Positions 53,553 to 62,574 of a DNA stretch of 64,000 nucleotides are shown one piece after another. The position numbers were made by a program, and so were the translations under genes. Each line of letters opens with the position of its first letter. Positions within the stretch are counted from its first letter, which is position 1. The DNA comes from an uncultured candidate division Zixibacteria bacterium (GTDB taxonomy: Bacteria; Zixibacteria; MSB-5A5; GN15; FEB-12), in NCBI GenBank assembly GCA_963806185.1, contig CAWDXE010000005.1:64001-128000 (forward strand), in the 5' to 3' direction. The notes under the pieces are model-generated. The model was not told the DNA's origin and did not search any database. It worked only from the letters and a program-made list of their open reading frames with translations.

Positions 53553-54080
53553 TCACTTGTCGAAAGCCTGAAGCCGGGTAATGCTGGAGTCGAGCCAGGC
53601 GACTACCGAATCTTTGCGCGTTCCTTCGATTTTTGTCCCCCAGTGCATCAGGCGGTAGCTCCAGAGCGGCATCCCCCCTTCGTCGATTTCATCGTGCATG
53701 CGGTGGAGCAATTGGATAGGTTCGCCCTTGCCGCTGAAAGGGAAGCCGTTGGTCATATCCAGTTCTTTTCGACCTTCTTCGATGTGCCCGCTGAGGAACT
53801 GCTTTACGCCGGGGAGTTTGGCGTACCAGGGGAATTTCGTCTTTTGACTGTGGCAGTCGAAGCAACTCCGTTCAAAGACCGGTTTGAGCAGCTGAAAGCC
53901 GGAATCGATTTGGGAATATACGGCCAGTTGGGCCGCGGCGGTGAAGCTGTCCAGAGTGACGGACGGTGCTTTGGTCTCGCCAGCTTTTTCACTTTCATCG
54001 TCGTCTGAACACGATATCACCGCAGTCAGCAGCAGGATTGCGATTGGCAGCAGAAAAATGATTCGCCCAGGATTGCGCAT
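53553..54080 (-). CDS. Heme-binding-domain c-type cytochrome lipoprotein
   Basis: Lipobox VISC; CFDCHS, PWY, MP..Y..MH. Confidence 0.88.
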   Translation of the reverse strand: MRNPGRIIFLLPIAILLLTAVISCSDDDESEKAGETKAPSVTLDSFTAAAQLAVYSQIDSGFQLLKPVFERSCFDCHSQKTKFPWYAKLPGVKQFLSGHIEEGRKELDMTNGFPFSGKGEPIQLLHRMHDEIDEGGMPLWSYRLMHWGTKIEGTRKDSVVAWLDSSITRLQAFDK

Positions 54081-54100
54081 AGCGATACCTCAAAGCGGAG

Positions 54101-55018
54101 TTAGATTAATTCAAAGACGCGGGCCAGCCGTCCGCCGGCAGTGTCCAGTTTTTGCAGAGCGGTTGACCGGTCGCAATTCAGTTTGTACATCACCATCGCC
54201 AGTTTGAGCGATCCCCCGGCCCGTTCCATCAAGGCATCAACCTGATCGGCCGGCACGCTTAATTCGTCGATGAGAATTCGTCGCGCCCGCGCCGCCAGTT
54301 TGTCGGATTTTACCTGCAGATCGACCATGAGATTGCCCCAGGTCTTGCCGAGCAGAATCATGGCCGTTGTTGAGATCATATTCAGGGCCAATTTCTGAGC
54401 GGTACCGGATTTCATTCGGGTCGAGCCGGTGACCACTTCGGGGCCGACAGGCAGTTCAATGAGGATGTCGACGTCGAGAGGTTCGGCCGGGGCATTGCAG
54501 ATGATGAAGGCGGTGGGGCACCCGAGTGAACGAGCGTACTGCACACCGGAGACGGTATAGGGAGTACGGGTGGAGGCGGCGATACCAATCACCATGTCTT
54601 TGGAGGACAAGGCCTGTTGCTTCAGGTCGGCAATTGCGGCGTCGCGCCGGTCCTCTACCCCTTCCTGCGAGAGGGTCAGGGTGGCATAGCCGCCGGAGAT
54701 CACGCCGATAATTTGTTTCGGGTCGGTACCGTAGGTGGGCGGGCATTCGGCGGCGTCGAGGACCCCCAGCCGACCGGAGGTGCCGGCGCCAATGTAGAAG
54801 ACGCGCCCGTTGTTGCGCAGGGTCTGAGCGAAGAGTTCGGCGGCCAGGGCGATTTCGGGGAGGGCTTGTTCGACGACCAGCGGTACAATTTTATCTTCAT
54901 CGTTGATTTTGCGAGCAATCTCAAGCGGGGGAAGGCGGTCGATGTCGGCGGTATGCGGGTTGGCCTGTTCGGTGGCCAGTTTGCGGAGTTGTGAAATGAG
55001 GTCGTGGTAGGTTGACAT
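54101..55018 (-). CDS. murQ: N-acetylmuramic acid 6-phosphate etherase
   Basis: GAGTSGRLGVLDAAECPPTYG, GPEVVTGSTRMKSGTAQK, NLMVD. Confidence 0.97.
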   Translation of the reverse strand: MSTYHDLISQLRKLATEQANPHTADIDRLPPLEIARKINDEDKIVPLVVEQALPEIALAAELFAQTLRNNGRVFYIGAGTSGRLGVLDAAECPPTYGTDPKQIIGVISGGYATLTLSQEGVEDRRDAAIADLKQQALSSKDMVIGIAASTRTPYTVSGVQYARSLGCPTAFIICNAPAEPLDVDILIELPVGPEVVTGSTRMKSGTAQKLALNMISTTAMILLGKTWGNLMVDLQVKSDKLAARARRILIDELSVPADQVDALMERAGGSLKLAMVMYKLNCDRSTALQKLDTAGGRLARVFELI

Positions 55019-55102
55019 GGGCGCAAGGTATTTCACGCCGGGATGTCAGGCAAACAAAAACGCGCCCGAGGGCGCGCTGGTAAAACAAGTCGATTTCGAC
55101 GA

Positions 55103-55906
55103 TTACGGCTGAGCGACGACGTGAACCGAGTCACGGGCGAGCACGCGGACAGCGCCAAGGTGGCCGGATACTTTGGTCTTGGCGATATCGTCGGCCAATT
55201 GCGAAGGCAGCGGCACCGGCAAGGCAGTGCGGCTGAGCAGAGAGTCCGGCGCGCCAGTGAGAGCGTAGACATAGACGTAATACCAGCCGGTATCCGGGAG
55301 AACGCCACCGGTCGGATAGAACGCGTCTCGTTGTACGGTCGCCGCGGTGGCACCGTTGGTGGCATACTGACTAAAGCCGTGGCCGGTATATCGGTTCGCC
55401 CGTTGGACTGCAGACACGACGTAGGCCTCGGCGTAAAGTGCACCGGACCAATCGAGAATAACATCCTCGGCGCCGTTCACGGTCCTGTTCGGCGGAGTGA
55501 TGTTCGTGAGCGTGTACGTCCCCGGCATGACGACGATCTCCGAATCGGCGAGAATGTCGGCATCGGCGAAGACAAACTGGAAGTTGCCTGCGCCGTAGCG
55601 ACTGGCGACGGTGAACATCCGGCCATAGACGGAATCGCTGGTGAAAGGCGTGGGAATGTACGCCAGGGTATCGAGGCCGAGTTTGGCCTTGGCGGTTTTC
55701 AGGACGACGTTGTCCTTGGCGATGGTGGTCAGGACGATGGTGGTATCCCGGTTGGGATCAATAACCGTAACGCCTTTCAGCTTGTAACGGCCGGTGATTG
55801 AACCGCCGCCGTCATCCTTATTCGGGTAGGAATTGCACCCGGCAAAGAGGGCAATGATGGCCGCGGCCAGAAAAATGAAGATATTTTGAGTATGCTTGCA
55901 GTTCAT
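55103..55906 (-). CDS. Hypothetical lipoprotein
   Basis: Lipobox FAGC; beta-rich body. Confidence 0.75.
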   Translation of the reverse strand: MNCKHTQNIFIFLAAAIIALFAGCNSYPNKDDGGGSITGRYKLKGVTVIDPNRDTTIVLTTIAKDNVVLKTAKAKLGLDTLAYIPTPFTSDSVYGRMFTVASRYGAGNFQFVFADADILADSEIVVMPGTYTLTNITPPNRTVNGAEDVILDWSGALYAEAYVVSAVQRANRYTGHGFSQYATNGATAATVQRDAFYPTGGVLPDTGWYYVYVYALTGAPDSLLSRTALPVPLPSQLADDIAKTKVSGHLGAVRVLARDSVHVVAQP

Positions 55907-56186
55907 TGAAATTCGTCGCCTTACCTTGAGATATCGGCAACTATTATACAAAATTCACCGCTAGTTCGATGACCGGGTGAATTGGTGGAACGGCTTGCGG
56001 CATGGGCGATTGGCTGGCGGGAGCCGGTAGGACGGCAGCGGTTGGGTGGGGGGGCGCGGAGAACTAATTCGGTCTATGCTTAGATTCTTGTTGTGTAGTT
56101 CAGCAGTTAGCGATAGACTGGCCGGTGTCCGATCAACCGCCGGAGGCGGTTGACACCCCGACGACAAGAATTTGGTATAATACATG

Positions 56187-56283
56187 TAGTTTGGCGGCCA
56201 GATAGTTGTAGCCATATGACTTCTGCGCCGCTTTTGAGCCCCGTACCGACTCCCTCCCCCCCGGTGCGGGGTCTCTTTTTTTT
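56187..56283 (+). ncRNA. Candidate ~95-nt two-hairpin sRNA, copy 1
   Basis: Extended -10 TGGTATAAT at 56173-56181; long 5' hairpin; terminator hairpin with a C-rich loop and a T run. Confidence 0.65.
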
Positions 56284-56320
56284 CCTGCCGGGGCAGGCCG
56301 GGAGGCCTGCCGCCCACAAG

Positions 56321-57595
56321 TCATTTGATCAGGAGCATTTTGCGGCAATCGGCATAGCCGCCGGCTGAGAGTCGGTAGAAATATATGCCGCTCGGGGAAG
56401 TGCGGCCGGCGTTATCGGTCCCGTCCCATGCGACGACATATTTGCCGGCGGATCGAGCATCGTCAACCAGAGTGCGGACACTCTGGCCGAGGAGATTGAA
56501 TATCTCCAGAGTGACGCTCGATCGCTCTGGAATATCGAATTCGATCGTCGTGGACGGGTTGAACGGGTTCGGATAGTTCTGTCCGAGCCGAAAGTGATCG
56601 GGTAAGGAGTGATCGTTGTCGTTTACGCTGGTGGGGTTCAGATCGGCATACCAAAGACCATCGGAGCGTGCGGAATAGAGACGCCCGCCGAGGACGGCAA
56701 GGTCAAAGGGGAAGGGGCCGGGAACGGAGTCGATGACTTCCCAACCGTTACCGGTTGAGGTGTAGTAATACGCTCCATAGATGACAAAGAAGATAGAGGC
56801 GTAGACGCGATCCTGATCGGCGGCGACCGAACCGTTGGCGATCAGGTGCGGAGTGACCTCATCGCGCTCCCAGGTCGCACCGGAATCGTGACTGATGTAG
56901 AGCCCGTTGCCGGCGGCGCCATACACGAGGCCATTCCGGCTCGTCATATCCAGCATGCCGGCTCCGCGAGGATCGAAGGCCGAGAAAGGGAATTCGGTCC
57001 AACCGGTCGAATTCGGGGCATTCCGAAAGATCGAACTGTTGAAGCCTGCTCCGGATATCAGGTAGTTGTCGTGGTTATAGACCGACAGAATGTTGGAAGC
57101 CGTGTTATCGGGCATGCCATCTCTGAAACTATGCCAGACAGAGCTTCCGCCGAGGTCCATGACAGATATGCCGGCGCCGAAGGTGCCAACATAAAGGCTG
57201 TCGCCACGGTTGGTCAAATCACCTATGTCATTCGAGCCAAGGCCGGTCAGACCGGTATTGCAGGGACCCCAGGAAAGGCCGTTATCGTCCGACTCAAACA
57301 CTCCCTTGGTGTACGTGCCGGCGAAGAGGCGGTCACCTACCTTGATGATGCCGGATAGCAGGTTTACCTCGGGATCAAGGGCGGCTAGCGTATCCCAATT
57401 ATTCTCTTGTCGGTCAAAGCGATAGAGCAGACCGCCGGAGGCGGAATAGAGGGTGTCGTGGTACGTGTAAAGATGGGTAGTTTCGCCGGTCGGAACCTCG
57501 GTAACCTGATGCCAGGTCAGGGCTGCACGACTGCGGGTAGCCAGAACCGTGACCAGGCCGAGCGAAATGATTAAGAGAAGGGTTGTCTTTTTCAT
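56321..57595 (-). CDS. Secreted beta-propeller protein with a FlgD-Ig/T9SS-type C-terminal domain
   Basis: Signal peptide; Asp-box repeats SDDNGLSW and SHDSGATW; LGQNYPNPFNPSTTI..NLLGQ..WDG..SGIYFY..KMLLIK. Confidence 0.9.
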   Translation of the reverse strand: MKKTTLLLIISLGLVTVLATRSRAALTWHQVTEVPTGETTHLYTYHDTLYSASGGLLYRFDRQENNWDTLAALDPEVNLLSGIIKVGDRLFAGTYTKGVFESDDNGLSWGPCNTGLTGLGSNDIGDLTNRGDSLYVGTFGAGISVMDLGGSSVWHSFRDGMPDNTASNILSVYNHDNYLISGAGFNSSIFRNAPNSTGWTEFPFSAFDPRGAGMLDMTSRNGLVYGAAGNGLYISHDSGATWERDEVTPHLIANGSVAADQDRVYASIFFVIYGAYYYTSTGNGWEVIDSVPGPFPFDLAVLGGRLYSARSDGLWYADLNPTSVNDNDHSLPDHFRLGQNYPNPFNPSTTIEFDIPERSSVTLEIFNLLGQSVRTLVDDARSAGKYVVAWDGTDNAGRTSPSGIYFYRLSAGGYADCRKMLLIK

Positions 57596-57603
57596 AGAGG
57601 AGT

Positions 57604-57662
57604 AAACGGATCAATGTTAGATATGTTCCACGAGATACGTAGTTTGGCGGAAAGATGTTCCT
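57604..57662 (-). promoter_or_regulatory. Tandem ECF-sigma-type promoters
   Basis: TGGAAC-N16-CGTTT ending 8 nt before the ATG, and AGGAAC-N17-CGTAT just upstream. Confidence 0.55.
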
Positions 57663-57775
57663 GTGCGCGGCAGGTTTCATATTTGGCAGGAGCGCAAGGC
57701 TGCGGCCCTACAGCCTATCCCCTGCCGGGGCAGGCCGGGAGGCCTGCCACCCACATTGATTTGGTATAATATACG

Positions 57776-57870
57776 TAAGTTGGGCGGCCAGATAGTTGTA
57801 GCCATATGACTTCTGCGCCGCTTTTGAGCCCCGTACCGACTCCCTCCCCCCCGGTGCGGGGTCTCTTTTT
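57776..57870 (+). ncRNA. Candidate ~95-nt two-hairpin sRNA, copy 2
   Basis: 57783-57870 is identical to 56193-56280; has its own TGGTATAAT at 57762-57770. Confidence 0.65.
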
Positions 57871-57940
57871 CTATTGGAGATCAGGGTCCGGGACGGCGGA
57901 TTTCGGATTAGACCGGAGCACAAAGCTCCTGCCCTACGAC

Positions 57941-59002
57941 CTAGCGGCCACGCGTCGTCGAGTCGCCTGGGTCAGCATACGGCGGGGTGGATGTGATGCC
58001 GAATCTCTCCAGCAGTTTATGCGACGGTCGGTTGACGCGCGCCCGGTAGACGTTGGGTTTGTCGGTCGCGGTCAATCTCCCCCGGGTGATGGCGCGCAGC
58101 CGCTGGAACTGTGCCGAGTCAGCTACTTCGGCCAGGATTTCGTAGGTCGTTGTGTCCTTGACCTGCCCGGCTTGCTGGCTGCGGGCGATCGCACCCCACT
58201 CCTCCATCGTGTGCGCCTCTGCCGGGTGGAAGTCGTACTCGCCTTTGTAGCGTACGTACCACTGGTTGTCCGCGGAGAAGTTCTCCAGCCGCTGGGTGCA
58301 CGGCTTTTGCTCCAGTTCCCGCATGCGCGCAAGGTCCAGTTCTGCCTGGGTGGCTTTGCGCGTGCGCGCCCAGCCGCCGCTGGGCAGCCGGTGGTACCCT
58401 TCGCGCTCGTAGGCCGCCGCTAGCGATTCGGCCGAGTCGGCAGCACGCTGAGCCTGCTGGGCGGCCCGGATGCTGTCAGACGTCAAGTTTAAGATGGAAT
58501 CGCCCGCCGGCGGCTGCGCCGAAAGTCGCGCCGCCAACTCATCGCGCGCCACTATGCGTATGTCGTAAGCCAGCGACCGAAAGGCACCGGCCTCCGGCAC
58601 AAACGAGTGGATGTTGCAGTCGTCGCGGTCGCCAAAATTGAAGCAGTAGGTCAACCCGCACGTGTCGCCCGGCGGGAGAATGACCTGCAGCTCGTGGGTA
58701 TAGGTCTCGCGCGCATCGAACGTCTCCTGCCAAGTCGCCTCCCCGACGAACTGCAACCCGCCCCACGGCTCAAAGCGCACCGTGAACGACGGAACCTTCG
58801 TATACTTGTTGCGCGTCAAGGTCAGCACCACCGGTACCGGCTGACCCGCCGGCACCAACTCTGCCACGGTGAACTTGTAATCCACCTGGAAGAGCCTTCT
58901 CGGCGGACTGGACTGCACGGACCCGCAAATCAGCAGAAGTACGATAGAAAACATGACATTCAAGAAGATCAATCGTTTCGACGAAGAGTGGGGCGTCGCC
59001 AT
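57941..59002 (-). CDS. Hypothetical exported protein
   Basis: About 350-aa ORF with a signal-like hydrophobic stretch; start uncertain. Confidence 0.65.
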   Translation of the reverse strand: MATPHSSSKRLIFLNVMFSIVLLLICGSVQSSPPRRLFQVDYKFTVAELVPAGQPVPVVLTLTRNKYTKVPSFTVRFEPWGGLQFVGEATWQETFDARETYTHELQVILPPGDTCGLTYCFNFGDRDDCNIHSFVPEAGAFRSLAYDIRIVARDELAARLSAQPPAGDSILNLTSDSIRAAQQAQRAADSAESLAAAYEREGYHRLPSGGWARTRKATQAELDLARMRELEQKPCTQRLENFSADNQWYVRYKGEYDFHPAEAHTMEEWGAIARSQQAGQVKDTTTYEILAEVADSAQFQRLRAITRGRLTATDKPNVYRARVNRPSHKLLERFGITSTPPYADPGDSTTRGR

Positions 59003-59272
59003 AGGACGCCAACTTGTGTTTCGCAGCGAGACTCCAATCATAAACACTTTCTCAACAGCTATGTGCAATCTGTGCGCGGCAGGTCTCCTGACCTGCCCGT
59101 TCCCTGTCTGAAACATAGCTGACATTGTCTACGGAAGCAAGTGATGAGCTCGCGGATGGGCCGGATTTGCGGCCCACTTGAATCCCAAGGGAGGGCTAGA
59201 AGGCCGGGCACCTACATAAGATAGGCAGGAGCGCAGGGCTCCGGCCCTACGCTCCGCCCAGAAAACGAGAGG

Positions 59273-60672
59273 CTAGAATTTGGCCCAGCGCGGGACGCGC
59301 GGGAACGGGAGTACGTCGCGAATATTCCCCATACCAGTGATGTACATGATGGCGCGTTCGAAACCGAGGCCGAACCCGGAATGCGGCACCGTGCCGTAGC
59401 GGCGACTATCCAGATACCACCAGTAGGCAGAGAGATTGGTGATCCCCTTTTTCGTCATGCGATTTTCGAGAACGTCGAGCCGTTCTTCGCGCTGTGATCC
59501 GCCGATGATCTCGCCGATCTTGGGCACGAGTACGTCCATAGCCCGAACGGTCTTGCCGTCGTCGTTGAGCCGCATGTAGAACGCTTTGATCTCTTCGGGG
59601 TAGTCGTAGACGATGACCGGCTTCTTGAAGGCTTTTTCGGTGAGAAATCGTTCGTGCTCCGACTGCATATCAACTCCCCACTTGACCGGGATATTCGAAC
59701 TTCTCCCCTGACTTCTCGAGAATCTTTATCGCATCCGTATAAGAGAGGCGCTCGAATTTTGCGCCGGCGACACCCTCGAGTGTAGCACGGACGGACTTGT
59801 CGACCCATTCGCCGAAGAAGTCCATTTCGTCTTTGCATTCGGTCAGGGCGAAAGTGAAGATGTTCTTGAGGAAGTCCTCGGCCAAATCCATGTTGTCATC
59901 GTTTTCGGCCCAGGCCATTTCCGGCTCAACCATCCAGAATTCGGAGGCATGGCGGCTGGTGTTGGAGTTTTCGGCGCGGAAGGTGGGGCCAAACGTGTAG
60001 ATGTCACCCAGCGCGGTGGCCAGCAGCTCTCCCTCGAGCTGGCCGGAGACGGTGAGAAAGGCCTCGGCTTCAAAGAAGTCCTGTTCCCAGTCCGGGTGGC
60101 CCTCTTTGAGCGGCAGGTTGGTCAACGGAAGCGTGGTGACGCGGAACATGTCGCCGGCGCCTTCGGCATCGGAGGCCGAGATGATCGGCGTGTGGACGTA
60201 GAAGAAACCGCGTTCCTGATAGTAGCGGTGAACGGCGTACGACAATTTGGAGCGTATCCGATTCACGGCGCCGAAGGTGTTGGTGCGGGGTCGAAGATGG
60301 GCGATCTCGCGCAGGAATTCCATGGTGTGGCGTTTTTTTTGCAGCGGATAGCTGGCGTCGGCGACGCCGACCAGGTCGATCGTGGCGACGGCGATTTCGT
60401 ATTTCTGGCCCTGCCCCTGGGACGGAATCAGCTTACCGATGAGGCGAACTAGAGGCACCGGTGAGGATTTCGTTGAGGACGGGGAAATTCTCCGGATTGG
60501 CGACGACGCCCTGAATGTTCTTCATGCAGGAACCGTCGTTGACCTCTATGAAGGCGATCCCCTTCGAGATGCGGACGGTCCGCACCCAGCCGAGGATAAT
60601 AACGTCAGTGTCGACCGGCACGCGGTCGTGTACGAGAATGGCGGCGATCTTGGTTCGTTGCTTGTAGTTCAT
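59273..60672 (-). pseudogene. asnS: Asparagine--tRNA ligase split by two apparent +1 frameshifts (probably assembly errors)
   Basis: [66 protein letters not shown]. Breaks near 60451 and 59689. Confidence 0.93.
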
Positions 60673-60893
60673 GCTGCTTTCTCCAGAATTCCCGAATTTC
60701 CCCGGGCGTGTCTGGCGCCTTCGGGAAAGACCTACAGTATACAGCAGAACCGGCCTGAAACGCAATGGCAACCCCGACCGACCGGGGCGGCGGCTTGGTG
60801 AAGCGAGGAAAGTCCGGCGCGGTGTCGCTTGCGCCGCCCCATGAAGTCCATTATCCTTGCGGCAACTAAGGAATCGATGAAAAAGGAGAGATC

Positions 60894-61376
60894 ATGGCCG
60901 ACCCGAAGGATATTGCCAAAGTGCTGCGAAAGCTGCAGTACGGCGTGTATGTGGTAACGATGGGCAAGGGAAATGAGGGAAACGCGTTCACCGCGTCGTG
61001 GATTTCGCAAGTCAGTTCCCTGCCGCCGATGCTGGCGCTGGCGGTGAATAACAAGCACCAGTCGGCCCGCCTGCTGAATGAGCTGGACGCGTACGCAGTG
61101 AATTTGATTCCCGAGGGGCAGGATGCGGTGGCAAAAGCGTACTATGGCCCGGCGGAATCCGGATACGAGAAGCTGAAAGCCAAGAATGTGGCGGTGTCGA
61201 GCGGCACAGGGACGGCGCTGCTGGCGGGCGTGATGGGGTATCTGGATTGCCGGATCGTGAATCGAGTCGGCTGCGGCAACCATACGCTGTATATCGGAGA
61301 GATAGTCGCGGCGCATCTTGATGCGGACGGGCGGATTCTGACGACTGAGAAGAGCGGGATGTTGTATCTCGGGTAG
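60894..61376 (+). CDS. Flavin reductase-like FMN-binding protein
   Basis: YGVYVVT, SWISQVSSLPP, GNHTLYIGEI; RBS AAGGAG. Confidence 0.9.
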   Translation: MADPKDIAKVLRKLQYGVYVVTMGKGNEGNAFTASWISQVSSLPPMLALAVNNKHQSARLLNELDAYAVNLIPEGQDAVAKAYYGPAESGYEKLKAKNVAVSSGTGTALLAGVMGYLDCRIVNRVGCGNHTLYIGEIVAAHLDADGRILTTEKSGMLYLG

Positions 61377-61476
61377 GGTGTATCAGACGGCCCACGGCGC
61401 GGAACGGGTCGCTGTAAGAAAGAACGGCTCGTCTTTCGACGAGCCGCTCAGAAGGGTATTGTGAGTCGGGGAAATG

Positions 61477-62154
61477 CTAGTTCTTGAAGCGACGAACTAT
61501 ACCCAGGCCGACCGTACCAAGTCCGAAGAGGAGCATGGTAGTCGGTTCAGGAACCGGAGGTCCCGGAACTGATTCGGCGTTGTGGGAGAAGGGGGCCTTG
61601 CAAAACTTGTCGGGATCGTTATTGGCTACGCTGTAACCGTAGGCATCAAAACCGACCCAGGCATACGAAGTTTCGATCTGAAATTTCCAGATATTTCCCT
61701 TCTTGGCCGCACCCGGATTGACATAGTCGTACACATCGACAGTGTTAATCGGGTCGGTCGCATCCGCAACTTTGGTATCAAAGTAATGGGACGGGTAATA
61801 CCCGTGGCCGGGCATGGTACCGGGATCCGGCTGGAGCGCCGGCGGCGGAGTGCCGTAGAGATAATCAGCCGCGTTGACGGATTTGGTAGATCCGCCGAAC
61901 GGGGTGATTTTCAGCCAACCGTCGGTCGGGGTCTGATCCGGCTTGAGCACGGACACCAAGTGGATGTTGTGCAACGCCTTGGAGTCGACGTTGGCGGCCA
62001 CCACCCACAGCTCGAAGGAACTCGTATGAGTCTCCCACGACTGAGTCGCAGCGTTGAGGGTGGCTTCCGGGCTGAAGAGTTGAAGGTTCGGCACCGCAAA
62101 CGCTGCCGGAACTAGCAGAAGCAACATGAGGGTGCTGAGCAGAACTCTTTTCAC
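61477..62154 (-). CDS. PEP-CTERM surface protein (choice-of-anchor N-like by recall)
   Basis: GTG start with RBS GAGAGGG; signal peptide; C-terminal VPEPTTMLLFGLGTVGLGIVRRFK. Confidence 0.92.
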   Translation of the reverse strand: MKRVLLSTLMLLLLVPAAFAVPNLQLFSPEATLNAATQSWETHTSSFELWVVAANVDSKALHNIHLVSVLKPDQTPTDGWLKITPFGGSTKSVNAADYLYGTPPPALQPDPGTMPGHGYYPSHYFDTKVADATDPINTVDVYDYVNPGAAKKGNIWKFQIETSYAWVGFDAYGYSVANNDPDKFCKAPFSHNAESVPGPPVPEPTTMLLFGLGTVGLGIVRRFKN

Positions 62155-62227
62155 TAACCCTCTCTTTCTCGTGACGACTTGGTTTATCTTGTTTCCGCGG
62201 AAGCTACAGTTATCCAGTTGTGATATG

Positions 62228-62243
62228 AGCAAGTTCCGTGCCC
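62228..62243 (-). promoter_or_regulatory. Sigma-54 promoter of the PEP-CTERM gene
   Basis: GGGCAC-GGAAC-TTGCT (-24/-12). Confidence 0.75.
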
Positions 62244-62485
62244 CCGTTGAGGAGCGATCGCCGCGCCACAGGAATCGCCGTTAACTTGTTGTACAACATG
62301 TGCTTCACGCGAACTTACGGCGGGGCGGCCTAGCCGAGCTGGGTTCGTGTGAAGGTGGGTATGAAGTGGATTGCGGAGTTTTGATTGTATTGGTCCAATG
62401 AAATTTGGATTTCCCCGGTCTATGACCAGGGAACGGATCGGGCACACGCAAACCGGACGAAAAATAAGTGCCGGCGGTTCATTTT

Positions 62486-62520
62486 CACTGACAGCATCTG
62501 TCAGTGCTCCGCGGTAAGAT
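62486..62520 (+). promoter_or_regulatory. recA promoter: palindrome overlapping a RecA-NDp/PafBC-like motif
   Basis: CACTGACAG-CAT-CTGTCAGTG; TGTCAGTG-N8-TAAGAT. Confidence 0.65.
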
Positions 62521-62574
62521 GGGGTGAGGAAAGTGATGGCGTGAGACGCAAATTATAGATATTGTAACAGGCTT

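Noticed and set aside
60744..60840. GAGGAAAGTCCGG, resembling the RNase P RNA 5' signature
   Set aside because: Only about 80 nt remain before the next gene and no downstream P4 partner follows; the region is a divergent promoter with a GC hairpin.
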